The position numbers were made by a program, and so were the translations under genes. A stretch of DNA of 23,400 nucleotides, taken from the IMG/VR virus record IMGVR_UViG_3300034072_002212, positions 158,417-181,816 of that record; one strand, written 5' to 3'. Positions within the stretch are counted from its first letter, which is position 1, and every line of letters starts with the position of its first letter. This DNA is from a virus (Duplodnaviria; Heunggongvirae; Uroviricota; Caudoviricetes). Under the pieces are notes generated by a model. It had not been told where the DNA came from. It saw nothing but the letters and a program-made list of their open reading frames with translations, and ran no database searches. Below are positions 15,197 to 23,400 of the stretch, piece by piece.

Positions 15197-16367
15197 CGCA
15201 ACACCAAAGCCGGTCATTGCTCCGGTAAAAAGCGGCAGCGGCTCCAGGTCCACCACCAGCGTAAACGCAGATGCGGTAGCCGCCGGTGACTTCGCATATG
15301 GTGATCTTGGTAACGGCACGGCAGGCGGCATGGGCAATGCTGCGCTTCTAAGCACCAGGACCATTCTTCCCAATACTCGACGCACTCAGAGGACAAGGGC
15401 AGAACTCGAAGCTGCTGACAAGGAATATACTCGTCAGATGAATATCTTGAGCCAGCACTGGTCGGTTGGTGATACCAGTAGCCCAGAATACTTGGCCCAA
15501 AAGCAGGCTGCGATGTCGAGTCAATACTATTGGGAACTCGCTCGTAACAACCTCGAAGAAGTCGCAGGCCAGGAAGCTTCAAACAGCATCCGTCCAACTG
15601 GAAATTTGGATAACATTCTCGATGGTATCACCCCCGAGGCTGACCTCGATGGTAATGATGAACTGACCCCCGCGGCTCCAGTGACTTCTAGCACTGATGA
15701 AGCACCGGTGGAAGGTGAGGAGATTGTTGTCACTGGGCGCCCACTGGGTGATGCCCGCGTGCGTATTCGTCCCAAGTCAGGTAACGAGGATGAGATCTAC
15801 GGTGACGAGGACAGCGCGCTCTTTTTGCTTCGCGAAACTGATGGTGTGATCTTCCCCTATACGCCAACTATCGACTTTAGCCATCGCGCCAATTACAGCG
15901 AGATGTCGCCCACGCACGCGAACACCAGCTACTATTCCTATACCCACAGCCCAGCAATTCAGATCAGCATCTCTGGTCAGTTCAGTGCTCAGAACCTCGC
16001 AGAAGCCAAATACACACTGGCTTGTATGCACTTCTTCCGAACTGTGACTAAGATGCACTTTGGTATTCAGGAAGCAGAAGAGGGAACGGCTGGCCTCCCA
16101 CCCCCAGTCCTTGAACTCAGTGGCTATGGTGACTTCATGCTCAACAGCCTGAACATCGTGGTTCAGGAATTCAAGATGGATCTGCCTAACAACGTGGACT
16201 ATATAGAAGTGGGCTTGGCCAATGGTTCATTGGCCTGGGTTCCTGCTTTGACCACGTTTAATATCACCTGTGTGGTCCAGCAGACTCCAAAGAAGCAGCG
16301 TGATGATTTCAACTTCAAGGACTTCGCAAGTGGTTACTTGATGGCACACAATAAGGGGTGGCTATAA
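15165..16367 (+). CDS. Baseplate / tail-tube initiator protein (gp48/gp54-like) with a long N-terminal extension
   Basis: C-terminal GVIFPYTPTI...ISISGQFSAQN...FFRTVTKMHFG...GLPPPVLELSGYG is typical of jumbo-phage baseplate tube-like proteins; lies directly before the gp53-like gene. Confidence 0.65.
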   Translation: MADTPQTPAIDATPKPVIAPVKSGSGSRSTTSVNADAVAAGDFAYGDLGNGTAGGMGNAALLSTRTILPNTRRTQRTRAELEAADKEYTRQMNILSQHWSVGDTSSPEYLAQKQAAMSSQYYWELARNNLEEVAGQEASNSIRPTGNLDNILDGITPEADLDGNDELTPAAPVTSSTDEAPVEGEEIVVTGRPLGDARVRIRPKSGNEDEIYGDEDSALFLLRETDGVIFPYTPTIDFSHRANYSEMSPTHANTSYYSYTHSPAIQISISGQFSAQNLAEAKYTLACMHFFRTVTKMHFGIQEAEEGTAGLPPPVLELSGYGDFMLNSLNIVVQEFKMDLPNNVDYIEVGLANGSLAWVPALTTFNITCVVQQTPKKQRDDFNFKDFASGYLMAHNKGWL

Positions 16368-16672
16368 TGGCTAAGGTAGAATACAAGGCTTCCAGTCCTT
16401 ATTTTGAGACCTCGCAGACTTCTTGGTATCTCAGCAACTATGAGCATCGCGACATTCCCCGCGATGGAACAGATCAGATCAAGATTCTCGAAACCAAATA
16501 CGAGAATCGTCCTGATCTGCTTTCTTATGATCTCTATGGCACCCCCAATTTCTGGTGGGTGTTCATGATTGTCAACCCCGACGTGATCAAAGATCCAATC
16601 TATGATTTCAAGGCTGGTCTGATGATCTACGTCCCAACAGCAAGTCGCGTTACTGCGGCTCTCGGAGTCTAA
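16367..16672 (+). CDS. gp53: Baseplate wedge protein, gp53-like (LysM-like)
   Basis: TAATG coupling; RPDLLSYDLYGTPNFWWVFMIVNP...IYVP. Confidence 0.85.
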   Translation: MAKVEYKASSPYFETSQTSWYLSNYEHRDIPRDGTDQIKILETKYENRPDLLSYDLYGTPNFWWVFMIVNPDVIKDPIYDFKAGLMIYVPTASRVTAALGV

Positions 16673-19486
16673 ATGGCCGGTAAATCAAATCTACTCGCGC
16701 CTCAGGGTACCAGATCTCCTGATGCTGACACCGGCGCAACGTCTAATAGGACTCCTGTCAATGGACAGGATCCAAACATTCAGAACGGTAACACCACCCC
16801 CGGTGAAGTTCTGAAGTCAATCGGGTTTGAACCCGAACCCAATCCCATGAGTGAGCTTCTTCAGCCCACCTATCACTTCTCGTTCTACCTAGACACTGAC
16901 AATGAGCCTGAACAGGGCAAAGGCAATGAGTTCATCATTGCTGAAACTGGTGTCACTGGCATGAACCTTCAGGATGTGACGATTGAAAGCTTCGTGGGTC
17001 CCAACATCCGCACGCGCAATGCCACAGCAACCAGCATCACGATCAAGATCTTTGAACCATTTGGTTCACAGTTGCCAGACCTCTTGTTCCAGGCGGCTGT
17101 GAAGATGAACATTCGCAACTACCTCAAGGCACCATGGTTTCTGAAGCTCAAGCTTCACGGATATGATGAATCGGGTGTCAAACAGGAAGTGGGCGACAAG
17201 TGGATCTGGAAGCTGGTCCTCATCGACATCAAGACCCAGATCACTGAGAATGGTTCGGTTCATACGATTAGCGCGATGCCTCAGAACGAAGTGGCGCTGA
17301 ATAACCAGTATTGTATGCTCCAGACAATTGTGAATACTAGCGGCACAACCGTTGGTGAAGTTCTCCGCAACGTCGTGGCCAGTATGAACGAGCATGTGAA
17401 TCGCACTTATGGATCCACGAATCCACCTGTGGTTGAATACGCTATTGAGGATGAGCCATACCCCTATGATACCATGGTCGGTGTGAGCAGGCCATTTGAC
17501 CACAGGCTTGTAGCTGACTTGCCTCAGGACAGTAACCTGCGTGCTACCGTGGGCTTTGGGACTCAGACAACCCAGTTTGCTCCTGGCACTGATTTGCCAG
17601 CGGTTTTGGACTTGCTCATGGCTCGCACTGACACGGCTATTATGGCTGCTCGAGTTAGCCGTGAAAAGCCCAGTGCTAGTGGCCCTGACATGGAAACCAC
17701 CGTGCGTGATCCATCTTCTCTGATGCATCGTATTGACACCAAGGTTGAATACACCGGCTACAACGCTATTGTTGGTGACTACACCAAGAAGATCACGTTC
17801 ATTGTCAAGCCTTACCAGAGCTTGCGCCTCTTGACCTCTATGGGTCGAGCAATGTCCTTTGACAAGGAGAAGACGCTCAACAAGGTCAAAGCCAAGCACG
17901 CGGTTGAAAAGGCTTTGATGAAGAAGCAGTATGATTACATCTTCACCGGTCTCAACACTGAAATCGAGAAGTTTGACATCAACGTCAACTTCCGCTGGGC
18001 TGTGAGCGTCCCAGTCATTCAGGGTTGGGGAACCAACACTGGCACGTCGATGCGGGTTGACAACAGCAACGCGGCCAGCGCCAAGGAACATCAGCTAGAA
18101 TTGAGCTCTCTGAACCAGCAATATCAGAGCGCACAAGCAGCTCGTCTTCAGCTAGGTAATGAACCAACGGAAGATCAGACAGTCTCAGCTGAGCGTCAGA
18201 GACTTGATGCTGAACTTGCTACTATGAAGCAGAGGCTTGATGTCTTGTCCGTGGTTGCTGGTCAGGAATCTGATATTGCGAATCGCCAAGCAGATGCCGA
18301 AGCGGCCCGTCGCCCTCCACCACCTACTGGTCGTTATTACTTTGGTGAGGACGACGTCTACGCCAACAGCCAATCTGACGGATCTGGTAATGCGAGGGAA
18401 GGATACGGTGGTGCTGGTAATAATGGCATCAGCGTTATGCCTATCACCATCCTACAGAACCCAGAAGACGGTTCTGGTACCCAATTTGGTTCGGCAACTG
18501 ACAACAATCCAAACAAGAGCGTCTACGGTTCTCTGTTGAATCAGCTCTACGGTAGCTTCGATGGTAACCTTCAGAACTTGGAACTAACCATTAGGGGTGA
18601 TCCCTACTGGCTTGGTCCAGGTAATCCTGGCATTCCCTACACTGAGCCTAGCACAGGGACCACTCCTAACTTCATGAATGGTGAGCACATTTTTGTGTTC
18701 CGCTTCAAGCTACCTCAGGGTTTCAGTGATACCACGGGAACAGTGAGTCTACCCAAGGATGAAGGTAGCACGCCGGGTGGCGCTAAGGATTCTGGCGAGA
18801 CGGCTAAGGCTATCGCAGGCGCCAACAGCAACATCTTTACTGGCTTCTACGCGGCTACCACGGTTGTCCACTCTTTTCGAGAGGGTTACTTCTCACAGAC
18901 ACTGACTGGTGTCCGTATTCAGGGTTGGACTTACGAGAACATCATTGAAGGCCGTGAGATCACAGTTGCTGATCCGACACAATACAGCAACACTCCTGCT
19001 CCTATTCCACCAGCTGGTTCTGGTAGGCCGAGTGGAACTGGCACCAGTCGCACACCTGGTAATGTGGCCGGCACCAACTTGGATGAACGCACGCTTCTGG
19101 CCCTCACGCTCGTGGGTGAAGCTGGTGGTGAAGGTCAGCAAGGCATGCAGGCAGTTGGTAACGTGATCATGAACCGTGCTCGCCAGAATATTCGTGGCAA
19201 CACGGTCAGCGAAGTGATCATGTCTCCGCGACAGTTCAGCGTTTGGAACAATGTCAATCCATCTACTCGCTTGGCCGCAATCAATAGCGCAAGCGCGGGA
19301 TCCGCCGTAGCCCGCCAGTATCAACAAGCTTATGATCTGGCTGGAAATCTACTGAGTGGTCGAGCGTCTGATATTACAGGTGGTGCCACTTCCTATCACG
19401 CGCGCTATGTCAATCCACCTTGGGCCGATCCTAGCAAGCGCACGGTTGTCATTGGACAGCACATTTTCTACAAGGGGATTAGGTAA
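16673..19486 (+). CDS. Baseplate hub protein (gp27-like) fused to a C-terminal SleB/Hydrolase_2 cell-wall hydrolase
   Basis: Hub motifs IFEPFG, LELTIRGDPYWL, FTGFY...HSFREGYFSQTL. C-terminal domain from ~19082: LALTLVGEAGGE...AVGNVIMNR...QFSVWN...TGGATSYH...IGQHIFY. Confidence 0.75.
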   Translation: MAGKSNLLAPQGTRSPDADTGATSNRTPVNGQDPNIQNGNTTPGEVLKSIGFEPEPNPMSELLQPTYHFSFYLDTDNEPEQGKGNEFIIAETGVTGMNLQDVTIESFVGPNIRTRNATATSITIKIFEPFGSQLPDLLFQAAVKMNIRNYLKAPWFLKLKLHGYDESGVKQEVGDKWIWKLVLIDIKTQITENGSVHTISAMPQNEVALNNQYCMLQTIVNTSGTTVGEVLRNVVASMNEHVNRTYGSTNPPVVEYAIEDEPYPYDTMVGVSRPFDHRLVADLPQDSNLRATVGFGTQTTQFAPGTDLPAVLDLLMARTDTAIMAARVSREKPSASGPDMETTVRDPSSLMHRIDTKVEYTGYNAIVGDYTKKITFIVKPYQSLRLLTSMGRAMSFDKEKTLNKVKAKHAVEKALMKKQYDYIFTGLNTEIEKFDINVNFRWAVSVPVIQGWGTNTGTSMRVDNSNAASAKEHQLELSSLNQQYQSAQAARLQLGNEPTEDQTVSAERQRLDAELATMKQRLDVLSVVAGQESDIANRQADAEAARRPPPPTGRYYFGEDDVYANSQSDGSGNAREGYGGAGNNGISVMPITILQNPEDGSGTQFGSATDNNPNKSVYGSLLNQLYGSFDGNLQNLELTIRGDPYWLGPGNPGIPYTEPSTGTTPNFMNGEHIFVFRFKLPQGFSDTTGTVSLPKDEGSTPGGAKDSGETAKAIAGANSNIFTGFYAATTVVHSFREGYFSQTLTGVRIQGWTYENIIEGREITVADPTQYSNTPAPIPPAGSGRPSGTGTSRTPGNVAGTNLDERTLLALTLVGEAGGEGQQGMQAVGNVIMNRARQNIRGNTVSEVIMSPRQFSVWNNVNPSTRLAAINSASAGSAVARQYQQAYDLAGNLLSGRASDITGGATSYHARYVNPPWADPSKRTVVIGQHIFYKGIR

Positions 19487-21354
19487 TGGCTAATCAGGGC
19501 TTTCGTCGTTCCTTCCGCACGCCACCTAGCTACTTGGGTGCGCCGGACGGCAGGATTTCTACTCTCAACGGTGTCTACCTTGGATTCGTGAAAGAGAATG
19601 CTGACGCGTTCAAGAACGGTCGTTTGAGGGTCTGGATCCCAGAGTTCTCTCCAATCGCAGATGATCCAACGAAATGGTTCACTGTTCAGTATTGCTCGCC
19701 CATGGCAGGTGCTACTCCGGTAAAGGACAACGTCAAGGAAGGTCGCACTCTTCAGGACACTCAGCAGTCTTACGGTTGGTGGTCTGTTCCACCTGACGTG
19801 GACAATGAAGTGGTCGTGATGTTCTTGAATGGCGATCCCAACCGCGGTATCTATATTGGCGGTATGTATCAGCCATTCATGAACCACATGGTGCCTGGCA
19901 TTCCAAGCGGCACTTCCTATCAGGAAGGCGTTGAAGGTCAAGATCCACCTGTTGCCGAGTATAATCGTTGGGATCCAAGTGTCACTGACACTGACAACCA
20001 GACACGCGCTCGCTTTGATCCTCTTCACGAGGGTTTGAGAAATCAGGGTCTCTACACTGACCCACAGCGCGGCCCATCGACTGCCGGTGCTCGTCGAGAC
20101 GAGGTTTCCAAGGTCTATGGTTTTAAGAGCCCCAAGGGCAACCACATGGTCTTCGACGATGCCGATGACAACTCCTATATTCGCTTCAGGACAGCTTCAG
20201 GCGCACAGGTTCTGATCAACGATACTGCGGGTTATGTCTACATCATCAGCGCAAACGGCAACAGCTGGTTTGAGATCAGCGATGATGGAATCGACGGCTA
20301 CAGCGCGAACAGCATTTCACTCCGCAGTCAGAAGGACATGAACTTCCACAGTGATGGAGCCATGAACTTCTACAGCAAGAAGACCATGAACTTGTATGGT
20401 GGCGGCGGTGTCACGGTTCAGGGCAAGAGCATTGACATGCTGAGTGCTGGTAAGACTAACATCAGCTCGCAGGGTGATCTCAATCTCTTGAGCAATGGCA
20501 ACGCAAACATCAGCGCAAAGGGTAATGCGGGCGTCAAAGCGGGCGGTACAGCGGCTATTCAGTCCGGTGGGGCACTCGGAGTAAGCGCGGGTGGAAACTT
20601 GTTTCTCAAGGGATCTCAGATCCAGCAGAACGCTGGTTCGGGTCCCAAAGCGTCAGATGCCGCTGAAGGACAGGGTCCAAAGCCAGAAGAGCTAGAAGAC
20701 CGTGAACTCAACGTGGAGAGCAACTATGAGGAGATCAACACCAAGACGATCGTTTCTCGTATGCCAACCCATGAGCCATGGTCTGAACATCCCATGAGTA
20801 GCACTGGTTCTGCCCGCAGTCGAGTTGATCTCGGTGTGAGCTCTCGTAACCAAGTTGATGGTAACGGTAACCCAGTCAACAACCCCAACGACATTCAGCC
20901 TGGTGAAGAAGAGTTTGTGCCAACCGACAACACGACTTTTGTGGCACCAGCAAGCGGTCCAATCACATCCCTCTTTGGTCCTCGAAACACTGGTATTGCG
21001 GGCGCAAGCCGTCAGCACAAGGGTGTGGACATTGGCATCCCACGTGGCACTAGCGTGGTCGCGATGAGGGATGGCACAGTAACCAAGGCAGGTTGGGGCA
21101 CGGGTTATGGTAACGTGATCTATATCCGTCACGACAATGGATATGAGACTCGTTATGCCCACTTGACCAGCTTCAACGTGCGTCCTGGCACAAGAGTCAG
21201 GCAGGGCCAGGTCATTGCCCGATCTGGTAATACTGGCGTGGGTTCGGGACCTCACCTTCACTTTGAGATCCGCCAGAATGGCAGAGCTCTAAACCCCAAC
21301 ACTAAGTTGAGGAACATTCGTAAGGGTGCTCGATTGACTGCTGGTAGGAACTGA
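19486..21354 (+). CDS. gp5: Baseplate central spike (gp5/VgrG-like) with a C-terminal M23 peptidase
   Basis: OB-fold D-x-x-x-x-GRLRVWIP and PPDVDNEVVVMFLNGD; Gly/Ser/Asn beta-helix repeats; PTHEPW; M23 motifs HKGVD, YAHL, GPHLHFE from ~20938. Confidence 0.85.
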   Translation: MANQGFRRSFRTPPSYLGAPDGRISTLNGVYLGFVKENADAFKNGRLRVWIPEFSPIADDPTKWFTVQYCSPMAGATPVKDNVKEGRTLQDTQQSYGWWSVPPDVDNEVVVMFLNGDPNRGIYIGGMYQPFMNHMVPGIPSGTSYQEGVEGQDPPVAEYNRWDPSVTDTDNQTRARFDPLHEGLRNQGLYTDPQRGPSTAGARRDEVSKVYGFKSPKGNHMVFDDADDNSYIRFRTASGAQVLINDTAGYVYIISANGNSWFEISDDGIDGYSANSISLRSQKDMNFHSDGAMNFYSKKTMNLYGGGGVTVQGKSIDMLSAGKTNISSQGDLNLLSNGNANISAKGNAGVKAGGTAAIQSGGALGVSAGGNLFLKGSQIQQNAGSGPKASDAAEGQGPKPEELEDRELNVESNYEEINTKTIVSRMPTHEPWSEHPMSSTGSARSRVDLGVSSRNQVDGNGNPVNNPNDIQPGEEEFVPTDNTTFVAPASGPITSLFGPRNTGIAGASRQHKGVDIGIPRGTSVVAMRDGTVTKAGWGTGYGNVIYIRHDNGYETRYAHLTSFNVRPGTRVRQGQVIARSGNTGVGSGPHLHFEIRQNGRALNPNTKLRNIRKGARLTAGRN

Positions 21355-21357
21355 TAG

Positions 21358-21381
21358 GAAAGGGGCCTTTCGGCCCCTTTC
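21358..21381. terminator. Bidirectional intrinsic terminator between convergent genes
   Basis: GAAAGGGGCC-tttc-GGCCCCTTTC, a perfect 10-bp stem. Confidence 0.8.
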
Positions 21382-21987
21382 TCACGCTCGGTTTGGGATG
21401 CCCTTGATGGGACTCATTCCTCGCGTTTCTCGAACCATGTTAATGAACATGGCCCCTTGCTCGATGGCATCGTCGATAGCCACATGGGTATGTGGGAGAT
21501 CATCGAACCAATGCTTTGGCATCGTGCGCTTGCTGCAAGACTGGAAGTGTCGGCCCAGCACCGCCCATGCGTAGCTTTTGACGTCTACACACCGCGAGAA
21601 GCTGAATGGGTTGTTACCCAGGAACTTCACGCAATAGTAGTCAATCCACTTGAAATCATAGGCTGCTGGATAGCCCACGAAAATGGGTTGACCTGGAAGG
21701 CTCTTAAGCCATGCGGCATATTCTGCCATAGCTTCAGCCGGGTTACGCACGTTGACGCGCGTTGCCTGGTATGCCTTCTTGTTGGCTTCACTTTCGTTCC
21801 AGAACGCCATGGTATCTTCATGAGGTTCTGCGCCCTCTAGGAGTTCGAGATTGGCCTCGAAAGTCCCAATGAGGTTCTTTTCAACATCAAACGCGGCAGT
21901 GGCAAAGCTGAGCATACTCGAGAGACCTGGGCACTTGCCGTCGGCCTCAATGTCGGTCATACAGTAGATTTCTGGTTTGCCGCCCAT
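21382..21987 (-). CDS. DEDDh 3'-5' exonuclease (Rv2179c-like exoribonuclease family)
   Basis: TDIEADG (Exo I), AYDFKWI (Exo II), HTHVAIDDAIEQG (Exo III); start ATG 21987 or GTG 21996. Confidence 0.82.
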   Translation of the reverse strand: MGGKPEIYCMTDIEADGKCPGLSSMLSFATAAFDVEKNLIGTFEANLELLEGAEPHEDTMAFWNESEANKKAYQATRVNVRNPAEAMAEYAAWLKSLPGQPIFVGYPAAYDFKWIDYYCVKFLGNNPFSFSRCVDVKSYAWAVLGRHFQSCSKRTMPKHWFDDLPHTHVAIDDAIEQGAMFINMVRETRGMSPIKGIPNRA

Positions 21988-22000
21988 TGTGCTCACTTAT

Positions 22001-22027
22001 AAAAAGAGCTGGCTCTTGGGCCAGCTC
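22001..22027 (-). terminator. Rho-independent terminator
   Basis: Minus strand GAGCTGGC-ccaaga-GCCAGCTC-TTTTT at the stop of the 81-aa ORF. Confidence 0.75.
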
Positions 22028-22271
22028 ACGCCTCGTCCTTGGATCGCTTTGCCTTGGCCTTGGCCTTTCGCTCGGCCATGACCTCCTCTGGATCACGAAT
22101 CCACTTGGGATTCTTTTCATCGGGGCTTTTCAGTTCAGGAACAACGAGCTTGCGGCTACCACGTGATCCCTTGGTGATCACTGGCTGGGTAGCAACTTTC
22201 TTGACGCTCTCAAACTTTTCGCGATCCGCCTTGGCTTTCGCCTCAGGATCGCCTTCAATTGGCTTATCCAT
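22026..22271 (-). CDS. Small Lys/Glu-rich hypothetical protein
   Basis: AGGA SD; own promoter and terminator; highly charged sequence. Confidence 0.7.
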   Translation of the reverse strand: MDKPIEGDPEAKAKADREKFESVKKVATQPVITKGSRGSRKLVVPELKSPDEKNPKWIRDPEEVMAERKAKAKAKRSKDEA

Positions 22272-22280
22272 GTTTCCTAC

Positions 22281-22308
22281 TCTATAGCACCTATCTCCAG
22301 TGCGTCAA
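22281..22308 (-). promoter_or_regulatory. Sigma70-like early promoter
   Basis: TTGACG-N16-TATAGA with TG-c extended -10. A similar TTGACA-N16-TAGGAC site lies at 8049-8076 (-). Confidence 0.5.
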
Positions 22309-22323
22309 TTATCTGGTGAGATC

Positions 22324-22354
22324 ATTAACCACGCGGTTTATCACCCACTAAATA
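22324..22354 (+). promoter_or_regulatory. Late-type promoter with upstream palindrome
   Basis: ATTAACCA-CG-CGGTTTAT, then N7-TAAATA(22349-22354). Confidence 0.6.
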
Positions 22355-22375
22355 TGGATACATTGGAGGGACGGA

Positions 22376-22759
22376 ATGACGCAGCGCAAGCTATTCATTG
22401 GTTTTAGCACTCAGGAGATGGAAGGTAAGCGTGGCTGGTCCGTCACGGATATCAACCTGATCAAGCGCGACCTCCTCAATCATTTTCACACCCGCAAGGG
22501 CGAGCGCGTGATGCTCCCCACCTATGGCACGATCATCTGGGACATGCTCTTTGAGCCATTCACTGACTCCGTGAGGGCAGCGATTGTCGCAGACGTGAGG
22601 AGGGTGGTCCAGAGTGACCCCCGCGTGGCTCTGCAGGGTGTCAACGTCAGCACTTCGGCCCATGGTATCATGGTAGCCATTGAACTCAAGTATGTGCCCT
22701 ACGATTCTATTGGCACATTCTCCCTGGAGTTTGATCGCCGCTCTCTTGAGAGGAATTAA
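22376..22759 (+). CDS. gp25: Baseplate wedge subunit gp25-like
   Basis: LIKRDLLNHFHTRKGERVMLPTYGTIIWDMLFEP...DPRV; GGAGG SD. Confidence 0.92.
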   Translation: MTQRKLFIGFSTQEMEGKRGWSVTDINLIKRDLLNHFHTRKGERVMLPTYGTIIWDMLFEPFTDSVRAAIVADVRRVVQSDPRVALQGVNVSTSAHGIMVAIELKYVPYDSIGTFSLEFDRRSLERN

Positions 22760-22761
22760 GA

Positions 22762-23400
22762 ATGTCGCAATCACAGCGCCAGAGCGAACTATTCGCCGGT
22801 AACGACTGGCTGGCCGTCTATCGTGCCTTCACTGAAGTCAACCTCAACGCCTTTGACTTCTCGACCATCCGTCAGGCAATGGTGGAATATATTCGCAGGA
22901 ACTATCCTGAGGATTTCAACGACTGGATTGAATCCTCGGAGTTCGTTGCCCTAATCGACTTGCTGGCATATCTGGGCCAGTCGCTGGCGTTCAGGACCGA
23001 CATCAACGCACGCGAAAACTTCCTCGATAGCGCGCGTCGTCGCGAGAGCGTTCTGCGTCTTGCTCGTTCACTTTCCTACAACGCCAAGCGCAACTATCCA
23101 AGCCGTGGTCTCGTAAAGCTGACCGAGATCCGCACTACCTACGACGTCTACGACTCGACTGGTAAGAACCTCAACAATCTCGCGATCAAGTGGGACGATC
23201 CCAACAATCCTGATTGGTTTGAGCAGTGGGTTCTGGTCCTCAATGCTTCGCTCATCGAAACCAACCCCTTTGGTGTTCCTCTGAAGACTGAGAGCCTGGA
23301 CGGTATCGAGACCCAGTTGTATCGCGTTGACAACGTGCAGACCACTGCTGGTAACTTCCCATTTAGCGCAACGGTGAATAACCAGTCCTACAACTTTGAC
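22762..23400 (+). CDS. gp6: Baseplate wedge subunit gp6-like (N-terminal part; runs off the window edge)
   Basis: Manual translation: MSQSQRQSELF...FDFSTIRQAMVEYIRRNYPEDFNDWIESSEFVALIDLLAY...ENFLDSARRRESVLRLARSLSY; open to the window end. Confidence 0.88.
   Translation, partial: MSQSQRQSELFAGNDWLAVYRAFTEVNLNAFDFSTIRQAMVEYIRRNYPEDFNDWIESSEFVALIDLLAYLGQSLAFRTDINARENFLDSARRRESVLRLARSLSYNAKRNYPSRGLVKLTEIRTTYDVYDSTGKNLNNLAIKWDDPNNPDWFEQWVLVLNASLIETNPFGVPLKTESLDGIETQLYRVDNVQTTAGNFPFSATVNNQSYNFD

Noticed and set aside
17066-21261. Minus-strand ORFs 17066-18091, 19468-20145 and 20692-21261
   Set aside because: Antisense shadows of the hub and spike genes.
1-23400. tRNA genes or alternative genetic code
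   Set aside because: No cloverleaf/TTCGA-type tRNA pattern was found, and conserved genes are full length under the standard code.

Overview
This ~54% GC window comes from a large T4-superfamily-like (jumbo) myovirus genome. The host is possibly alphaproteobacterial, which is an inference. Virion genes: portal (partial), tape-measure-like protein, gp26/gp51-like hub chaperone pair, gp48/54-, gp53-, gp27(+SleB)-, gp5(+M23)-, gp25- and gp6-like baseplate genes. DNA/RNA metabolism genes: RNase H, Holliday-junction-resolvase-like nuclease, gp46/gp47 (SbcCD), gp55-like late sigma factor, an RlmN-like radical SAM enzyme and a DEDDh exonuclease. The most notable locus is 4070-7104. A 275-aa protein there follows the TnpB/Cas12f WED-REC layout but stops where RuvC should begin. 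Directly downstream lies a ~1.15-kb non-coding tract holding a densely structured, pseudoknotted minus-strand RNA candidate and a hairpin cluster. RNase H and a resolvase flank the pair. Other highlights: a candidate -1 frameshift joining the gp26- and gp51-like ORFs; a cassette-like array of small paralogues sharing a 33-nt 3' junction; an RlmN homologue lacking the resolving Cys; a TonB-box-like motif in a baseplate protein; and a shared palindrome/extended late-promoter motif. All assignments come from motif recognition by eye; no database search was run.
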